Positions 49,646 through 58,531 of a DNA stretch of 64,000 nt are shown here, one piece after another. The translations under genes and the position numbers were made by a program. The stretch is from the NCBI GenBank assembly GCA_051530055.1, contig CM121342.1, positions 8,341,412-8,405,411 of the forward strand, in the 5' to 3' direction. The notes under the pieces are model-generated. The model made no database searches, was not told where the DNA came from, and saw nothing but the letters and a program-made list of their open reading frames with translations. How positions within the stretch are numbered: position 1 is the stretch's first letter; every line of letters begins with the position of its first letter. The DNA comes from Neoechinorhynchus agilis. Its lineage: Eukaryota > Animalia > Acanthocephala.

Positions 49646-51526
49646 CCGAAATCGAACAATTCGGCTATTGTGAATGTCTTAAATATAAAATTCAACGATT
49701 GAAATGTTTTAGACAGAGAAACAAAATACGGATTTAATGTTTTTAGTATTCTCGAATAACCAGGAATGTAAGAATGATGCATAATTATCGGAAATAATGA
49801 ACGATAACAGTGATTTTTCACCCCAAACTCACAAATACTTAATATTTTTACGACTACAATGTGAGTCATAGAAAATCAATATTTCTAAACCGCGACAAAC
49901 GCGAAAATTCGAACGATTTGTATTTTTCTATGAAATTGTACGCAAGGAAATTGGTTTCCACTGAAATCAATTAACTGAATTGAATAAAATACGAAACGAA
50001 AGAAGCAGTTTTAAAAGAATCGTCGTAAATCCCAAAACCCAGAATTTAAATTCAAAAATGACATATTTCCTAGGTTTGTTACAAGCGGATCTTGAACTGC
50101 TAATTCACCGCCTCACTGGAATCATCCCTGATCGAGTACCAATCGATCCCGAAATACCGTCCTTTCATGACAATGAGAACTTTACCGGCATTTGGGTTGA
50201 ATGGTGTTGGATCGGTTCGAAGTATCCAATTATTTTTAGTTTCTAAAAAAATTACTACAATAAATTTTACAAGATTTTCTCATTTTGTAATTTATAGCGA
50301 ATTTTAAAGGGATCACGAAAACCTTCTTTATTGCTGAATTATTAAAACAGCTTTATCTGTTTTAGATCATTCATTAAAATAAATCGCTTGTTTAGTTCTC
50401 AAATCTATAGCCAAAGTTGTTTTCTTTCAATAAATTCAGCAAAAGCATTGTCGAATCTTCACGGTTTTCTTAAAATAAAAGAGATTTTTTCTTTATCATC
50501 TACATCGGATCCGCTGCCTTCACTATCGCTCAACATTTTAAGCACGACTAAATGTAATCAATAAATTAAGTTGCAACCTTCGCTGTTGGAATTAAAAAAC
50601 AATTCCACAACCGGGATGTCTTTTAAATTGTTGAAACAAGCGCTCTTTCACTTTGTATGATTTTCAAACAATTCGATTATAATGACCGCTCAGTCTTGTT
50701 CGAGAGGCAAATCCACTTATTCGATTATCAAGAATCAATGAACTTACGAAATGTTCGAGACTAATGAAGTCAAAGTCCGGTTTTAAATTAAAATTCTAAT
50801 TCCCCCAATGGTATTCATGCGTTTAGAGATCCAACAAAAAATTTAAGTCGTTGACGCCATTTTCTCCGACATTTGACCAAGGGTAGATTGTAAACACTTC
50901 TTTTTATAAATGTATTGAAATTTCTGCACTTTATCATCGATCTACTCGCTAACTATGATAACTGCCTCATAAAAATGTTTTAAAAGTTTAAAATGAAGTT
51001 ACATCACATTTTTATTTAATCCAAGGAACTTTTACCAAAATACGAAGAATGCCAAGTCTTGTTAAATGTTTCAATATAATTAAAAATTGAATTATAGCTT
51101 TAAAGGCGTTTATCAAGTAAAGGTATTTTGTTACTTCATTTTAAAACTTTCCATTTTAGAATTATAAAAAATCGAGACTTGTTAAATGAGAATTTTCCTG
51201 GCATGGCATATATTTTATATTTTTAAGTTTGAATGAAACTAATATCTTTGGAAATTTAGTTAAACTGCGTAGAATTAATTCTGTTCTAACACTTTCTAAA
51301 AATCTTTAACAAATAATTTTCTTCGAACGAAATGAAAATTTGGCCCTTTGAATTTGGAAAGCAAACTTTCTTATTTCTTCGAATTGTTAATATGAAAGTT
51401 TTTAGTAACCACTTATAAATTTTTTGATTAAACTCGCGGAAATTTTGAAATTAAAAATTGTTTGATTCTATAAAATAAATTTGATCAATTTTTTCTTGTA
51501 TCGCAAGAAAAATTTTCCTCTTAGTA

Positions 51527-53972
51527 ATGCAAACTACGTGAGCGGGTTTGAAATGTTTTAAAGAGGAAAATTTCTATAAAACTCCCGTGCGTACGCGGTT
51601 CATTGAGTGTTCAACAACCAAAATGCGCTAATGAATGTCTGAAATTCGCGGCAGCCAACCTTCTCCACCATACGAATAAAGACAAATCATTGAGTGCCGT
51701 TATTGGTGAGTACAATGATCTCTACAACAAACTCTATGTGTTCAACAAACCCCGCAAATCTGAACTTATACGCCAACATGTCGAAAAAATCACAGAATGC
51801 GACGAACCTCAGGATTTGATGAAGTCCGTACTCGATTTCTTGCTTTGCATGTGCAGAAGGCCGGTTTTCTCCGAGATACCAGAAAAATTGGCGCGTCCGC
51901 CATTACTAATCGTGACTGAGACGAATCGGGAATTCGAAGAACTTAAGAAAAAAATGGTTCGGATTTTGTTGGAAGAAGAAATTAGCTTCCATGAAGACGA
52001 AAAGAGTGACTACAGTGAAGATAGCACCTTGTCATTGTCTAGCAATAAAGTGCAGGATATTTTTCACAAAGAGAAATTCATGACCAAATCTGAAATCGAA
52101 GAAATGCTGAATTCAGCTGAGAAATATTTAAAATGGATTTTACACATTAAGAGAAGACAGTGCATTATCCATTGTTAAAAGATTTGGAACCATCAATAGA
52201 GCATGTGGATCAAAGCGACTGGACGAATGTCCGGGAACAAGACGATGATTCCTGCTTGCTACATCTCCATTGTCTCTTTCGAATCGACTATCATCTTAGC
52301 CGTGATCACAACAACTTTCTATGTTCAAGTTTAAGAGACCTTAGGAATAAATTAACTGCCCAAAATGAAGAAGACGAAGAACAATACAAGATGATTTCTA
52401 AACTTCTCACGTGTATTTCCAGTATGAACCCAATCCAAATTTCCGATCAATTGATTTGTTTGCTTGATCGATGGTATTTAACGAAAGGATCCACGTTTGA
52501 ACCATCCTTCATCGGTATTGAATTTCTCAAAAAGTCGTTACTTGCTATTTCACAAATGGAACAAATTGAACATGTTCATGTGAGCAGCGATGAACTTCGT
52601 GAGTGTATTGATTTGATCCGACGGATTCGTAAATGTCAACGCCTACTCGGGATTCATAATGTTGAATTTAAACCTAAACTTGAACCGGGCTTAGTCGAAT
52701 ATCCAATCGGAACGTGGATTGTTACCGGTCATTTAAATCAAATCAAAAACCTCTGGTTCTTAAATTGGCCTCCGAACAAACGAGTTCTCTTCCTATTGCA
52801 CTCTACATTTGAACGGTTGCGTCAAACATTTCTTGCCTATGACAGTCTGCACCATAGTGAAATATCCAACCACATTATTTCATCTCATGAACATTGCGCT
52901 TACAAATGGTCAAAATTAAAGCTCAATCTCTCAACTACTGTGGATTTGATCAGTGTTGTCAAAACGGATTTGTATAACCGAGTGCCAAAAAGTCTAACCA
53001 CTCTGTTCAATCACCTTTTAATGAAGAACGGTGTTATTGTGAACTTTACGAATACGCCGTCAAGTCCGTTGCTCTCTGAGTTTTTCTCTGAAGAAATCCA
53101 GCAAATCTACAGTGGAATCGGAATTGTACTTTTGAGGATAAACACCATTAGGAGGTATATTGAACGGAAATTCAATAAGAAATGGGCATCTAGAAAGTTG
53201 TGTGCAATGCATTTTAGGTTGTGGAATATCGAGTTCAAAATTTAACACAATCTTTCTTGATTAATGCACACTATCCACTTCTTCATTTATCGACACCAAT
53301 CAGAAATACTGAATAATCTTAACCATGAAACCGAAATGTTTTTAAAGAAACTACGATCTACATCAAAGACAGAGTATCGCGGAATTTCGATGACTCCCGA
53401 TCTTGTCACTCAGGCACATTTACTATTTCTTTCTGAATGCTCAAGACTCATTGAGACTCCAATGGAAATGACGGTAGCTATGAGTTTATCGTCGCAATTA
53501 GTCGCTTATTCGACAGAACAAAAATATGATATGGACAAAGAAACGGCTATTATTTCTGAATTCAATAGAATAGTTCATTTGTTAAGCCAATAAATCTGAA
53601 GCGTTCTAAAGTTCGCTGTGTAATATATAATCAGTCTTTCGATTTTAGATGATAAAAGACTTCTCGGATGTGTATAAGATCGTTCTTTCACTATTCAACC
53701 ATCACGTGAGTTTCCACGTGCTGATCCAACTCGCATTCACACTTGGATTTTTTATTGAACTTGTCGTTAGACCAACCACGCTCTATATCCGATTCACACT
53801 TCAACTACTTTGTATCTATTTCATCCAGATATGGAAACCAATTCGACTCAAATGTCTTCTCGTTGTTGAACTCGTCCTTCTAATACTATTTTCCTTTTTC
53901 AACTCATGGCTACAGTTTCTGTTGAACGCAGCATTTGCATTCTGTATCATAGCCGATTGTAATCAGCAGTGA
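51527..53972 (+). CDS. TUBGCP5: Gamma-tubulin complex component 5-like; multi-exon, ends approximate
   Basis: N-terminal CLKFAAANL.HH..SVLDFLL..RP + acidic patch, GRIP-like KLCAMHF.HTIHFFI, and C-terminal DFSDV..LIQLAFTL resemble GCP5. Confidence 0.6.
52131..52183 (+). other. Non-canonical stem-ended intron in GCP5-like gene (AA...AT, 53 nt)
   Basis: A frame change is required, with no in-phase GT-AG of plausible size. AATGGAT pairs with ATCCATT. Confidence 0.6.
53217..53261 (+). other. Non-canonical stem-ended intron in GCP5-like gene (GG...AT 45 nt, or AG...TA 53216-53263)
   Basis: Two in-frame stops must be removed. AGGTTGTG pairs with CACAATCT (8 bp, one G-U). Confidence 0.62.
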
Positions 53973-54742
53973 CTCGCAGTTTTATTTTTTGTAAAATCAA
54001 TTCGGATCAATTTTCACGTAAGTCACCAAGGGAAATACATTGCGAAATACCCTCAATTACGACTTGTGGATTTGGGCATAATTACATCTTTTTTTTCAAC
54101 TTTAAATCCAACCATTCATGTCAGAATGCTTAAATGTCTACTTCGCGGATATCCAGCGTCGTAATCGGAAATTCATTTTGTTTCTGATTTCCTGCGTTTA
54201 GACAAAAAAATTCCGAGAAATAATTCTTTTTGAGGACACAGAATGAATTATTATCCTTGATTTTTGCTGACAACCAAAAACGAATCATATTAATATATCT
54301 TTATAATGAGAATATACCGAATCCCTTTCCTCTTGCTTTGCCATCTTTACATCTTTAAAAAGTCGATTTTTTTTAAAAATTCCCGCCACATTTTTCGAAA
54401 AGCAAATATTCCGAATCCCTTTTTCTCTTGCTTTGCCGTCTTTAGATCTTTAAAACGACCAGGAATATCTTATTAAGATTCTCGATTTTTTAAAATCAAA
54501 GTCAATTTTCCCGCGACTTTCTTCGAATAGCGAATATTCTTAATGCGATTACCTGTTGATTCTCGGTTAATAAATATTGAAATTCCGCAGATTCAATCTA
54601 AAATCCGAAAATATTCGGTTAATGTTGTCGATGTTCCCTCCCTATACTTAATGAAATTCCTCAAGCTTCATAAATCCGTGCTTGAATTTGAACTAAAGTC
54701 CGCTTCCTTTCTTAACTCTGAGTCACTCATTCTAAATGGGCG

Positions 54743-55711
54743 ATGTTCGCAGCCTACATTTCGGTACTCACAAGCGGGATAGTCCAACACGTCCGTTTGA
54801 TCGGTCTCGTAGTTGTTGGCTCATCACTGATATCAGTACTCGTGGTTCCACACGTCGGTGTGTTCTCTTTAATCGGCGTATTTCCTTGCTTAACCATTCT
54901 GACATTATTGATGACAATGAGAGTAAGCCCCGTTGTCTGGACGTTTTATTTCATCTTCAGTACACGAAGAATAGTATGCTTGATCAGTTGGGTCGCAGCC
55001 GGCATTGCATGCATTTTCTTAGCCATTTTGGCACATGTTCAAAAATGGAAACGGGCTCAATCTCGGAAAACATTCCATCTCGCTGCATCGGTTGTGTTCA
55101 GCGTCGGTCTAATGGTGGACGTTGAACTGCTTACAATCTCATCCGCTGTTTTATTCGGAGTCCTGGTCCTTATGGAAGCCATGAGACTCCAACAACACTC
55201 AATGATCGGCTCTTATTTAGTAGAATCGTTGTTTGCATTGTTCTCAAATAACGAAGATCGAACTCAGCTAGAAATATCTCCCATCACTCTTCTTGGCGGT
55301 CTATCGTATCCATTGATTTTTCCATCAAGCCAGAGAAGGAACATTAGCACCCGTTGGCTGCTTGGGAAATCCAATGTCGCTCTATTTGCAGGAGTTCTCA
55401 GCACAGGAATAGGCGACTCATTCGCGGCTCTAATTGGATCCACTTATGGAACTCATCATTGGCCTGGAAGTGAACGGACGCTTGAAGGAACAGCCAGTGG
55501 GTTCATTAGTCAAATTTTGTTTTGCGCTCTTGTTTTGTGGCCCGCTGGTATATTCAGCGGAATCCAGTCAGGAATGAGAGATATTTTATCATTGATGTTT
55601 TTATTCGCGGGACTCTTTACTTCTTCAATAACCGAAACCATCGTTAGTAATGAATACGACGACAATATTGTAGTACCCATTTGTACGTATCCTTTATTAA
55701 AATTATGTTGA
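54743..55711 (+). CDS. DOLK: Dolichol kinase
   Basis: SRKTFHL, ISPITLLGGLSYPL, AGVLSTGIGDSFAALIGSTYGTHHWPGSERTLEGT and DNIVVP. Confidence 0.9.
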   Translation: MFAAYISVLTSGIVQHVRLIGLVVVGSSLISVLVVPHVGVFSLIGVFPCLTILTLLMTMRVSPVVWTFYFIFSTRRIVCLISWVAAGIACIFLAILAHVQKWKRAQSRKTFHLAASVVFSVGLMVDVELLTISSAVLFGVLVLMEAMRLQQHSMIGSYLVESLFALFSNNEDRTQLEISPITLLGGLSYPLIFPSSQRRNISTRWLLGKSNVALFAGVLSTGIGDSFAALIGSTYGTHHWPGSERTLEGTASGFISQILFCALVLWPAGIFSGIQSGMRDILSLMFLFAGLFTSSITETIVSNEYDDNIVVPICTYPLLKLC

Positions 55712-56239
55712 CTAATCAACGAGCGGGAAGCAATCAACCTCTTTTTTATTGCTCTAAAGTGAAACTATTCGTTGGTTTGTCGCAGTTTTATCATATAATA
55801 TTCGAGCAATTTTTGTTTTTTTAAAACATGAGAAATTTTTTCAATAAATCATGTATTATTCGACGTCTTAAAATGACAACCGATTGAATATTCGCGCTTA
55901 ACTACACTGCTTACTCCTTAATCGCTCCTTTTCTTGATTTTCAAAGAAAAACAAACTTAGTTGCCGAGAGTGTTAAAATCAAACAATGCTAATTCAAATC
56001 TTTTAAGTATAGATTACTCCTCTAGTCATTAATTGCACACGTAAATCATGTATCGCGATTGTTTTAGAAAGATTAGATGCATTTAAAGTTCCTACGAATG
56101 AGCTGAAACTTCCTTGATTAATGGAATAAAATCCTGCTCAATACCTGATCTCAGGGATTTCTTTTCCAAAAATATCACCACGCTTTTATCTTAAAATACT
56201 CAAACTTAGTAAGTGTCCTAATTCATGACGCATAACTGA

Positions 56240-58496
56240 TCAGCCAAAAAATACTTTTTCCAACTCGTTCCAAGTGCTCTCATCGCATTCATCACGTAAA
56301 ATGGAATCTAACAACAAAGCACAATCAGTCGACCATTTGGTATTTGAATTTCGGTTCAATTTAATCAACAAAATGATTTTCATTTGTCTTTTTGAGAATC
56401 TATCCGCAAACTTGACACCTTCTTTTCGAACTAACTCTTCATACTGCATTACTGATATGCCTTTAAATAGTCTGCTCCAAAGTAAAACTTCTTTACTCAT
56501 GTCAGGCAAGTTCCTCATGACCGTAGGACTAAATTCTCGTAAACCAATAGAAATTCGAGAATCACCAATGTAATCGTAGGAATGTATTGAGTGTGGCCAA
56601 TCGTATCGAACAGCTCCACCGAGAATCAAAAGCGCACTTCCACAATTCAAACGAATGCGAATTAAGGAATTCGATGGATGAATGAAGTTATTGGGACTGT
56701 TCTCACGATTTAAAAAAAGATTACCAATTTCAAGCGATCACTGTGCTCCCGATCAACTATGGCGTTAATATCGGGATGGATCTTTTTTTCAGGATTATTA
56801 ACGTGATTTTGATCAATCGATACCCGAATAACACATGACCCGAAAGCTCCTTGGAAATCGTGAGAATTCCTCAAGTTGAACGCAACATCCGCTAACCATA
56901 AATGGGGTCGTTAACAAAAAAATCGGGAGTAAAGCAAGATTGGACATGGTTGTAAGTATTAAAGGTCCTTTGATTGCTCAAATAAAAACATTAAAATGAA
57001 AGATGGCAGCGAAACGAGCCATGAATCTCGAGAAATCGATGATGATCATCTCAGGACCATTTCTTAATGAGTACAAAAATGTTTCACACCTACTTGTCTT
57101 TAAAACGTTCAAATTGCATACAAGTTTTCATCTTTTCAAGTTCAACGAACCCAATGCGTAGTTTTATAAGGTTTTCTTCAAAAAATTTCATTGTTTAAGG
57201 GAAATGCGGCATATTCAAAAGCACGTAGCTCGTTAACTATAATCCGTATTATTTAGATAAAACGGCGTAATTTCCACTTTCAAATCTACGAATGCATTCA
57301 AATCATCAAAGTTTTAAAGTTAATCAAATTGTACTTTTGTAGGTAGCATGATGTATCTTGAAATTTTTGGACATATAAAAGTGAATTGCACTTCGGTATT
57401 CTTTCAAAAAATTAAAACTAAGATATCACTAATCCTATGAATGATGAGATTTATAGAAAAATTGGGACATGTGCGGCATTTGACTGTTAGCATTGAATCA
57501 CTGTACAAAATATATCAAATCCACAAGGGTAACAACGCGTAAGGATTCGTTATTACTCACATGAAGTAGCGATGAGCAACGAAAACACGTCTTCTACGAA
57601 AAACAGCGTTTGTAATCTGTCTCACGGCGAAAATCGGAGTGCTTTAGAAGAGACCTGACATTTGGGATATCTGACTGATAAGTTTTGATTTGTCTACAAA
57701 CTTTTTATGAGGCAATGGATCATAAAGATGTTTCGTCTTTCTTGTCGGAACTTTAAACGTTCGAAATTTTATAAATTTAAGTAAATTTCTAGTGGGCTTA
57801 TCGGCTATTTTTAAGAACATGGACTTTTTAAAGAAAGATTTGTTAGTTTTTCAAACTAAAAATATATATTCGCCTAACGCAAGAACGACCACTTTGAAGT
57901 AACATTGGGAAACTAGGTTTATGATAGCAATCCTTGGACCCCAAAGCCATTGATCATCCAAATGTGGCTCAATATGAGATCCACGATTCTTAGTGTACTC
58001 CAGATTACATAGCTCCACAGCCTGAAAATCTTTAAATTCAATACACCGTTCGCGTAGTCGATTCGTAATTGTACGCGCATATTGAGGCAGACCAGTAAAC
58101 GAAGCGTCCACATTGACTTTCTTCTTCTTAAAGTTCACTTTTGCTCCATAATCCTGCTTTAACCGTCCGGATTGAGATTTTGACCAAGGTACGGAATACC
58201 TTCGCATCTTTGATTCTCTAAACAGGCGAGAATCAAAGCGATTAAATTTCATTTAGAAGGTCTATCTCTTCATTTGGGCTTATAAAGTCGTCTAAAACCT
58301 CCAAACACTGAACTTTAACTGAAAATGGATCTTCTAAGTGAGTTTGACAGTCGCCGTGTTCGTTTGAAGCCGCATGTTGGCATTTTTGACAGTACCAAAG
58401 GACGGATGTAGAAGTTGGAAGTGTGTGTAGCTTTTGAGGATGACAAATGAGGCATGACCTCACTCCCGTGCACCCGCATGAGTTCGCTTGCTTCAT
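56240..58496 (-). CDS. ALKBH4: ALKBH4 Fe(II)/2OG dioxygenase; about 4 exons
   Basis: CGCTGVRSCLIC, PWSKSQSGRLKQDYGAKVNFKK, VELCNLEY..GSHIEPHLDDQWLWG and LLILGGAVRYDWPHSI..RISIGLRE. Confidence 0.93.
56898..57894 (-). other. 997-nt non-canonical intron in ALKBH4 (AA...AT) with paired ends
   Basis: AAGTGG+TCGTT pairs with AACGA+(CC)+CCATTT. The join gives SQCYFRLADV, in frame with the following exon. Confidence 0.5.
58198..58243 (-). other. Non-canonical hairpin intron in ALKBH4 (AA...GT, 46 nt)
   Basis: No usable GT donor at the exon end. Perfect 11-bp stem CTTTGATTCTC/GAGAATCAAAG; the join gives LLNEIYSVPW. Confidence 0.72.
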
Positions 58497-58531
58497 CTAT
58501 CTGAAAAAATCGGGAGTTTTAGATATAGAAA

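Noticed and set aside
51538-51607. First and last GCP5 introns (also about 53572-53648) as non-canonical
   Set aside because: Reasonable GT-AG solutions exist for both, so they are not counted as evidence.
53243-53260. Alternative genetic code or stop readthrough
   Set aside because: Genes end normally at TAA, TAG and TGA, Trp is encoded by TGG in conserved motifs, and most junctions need frame changes that readthrough cannot supply.
54311-54540. Imperfect ~50-bp direct repeats upstream of DOLK
   Set aside because: Short, decayed local duplication with no supportable function.
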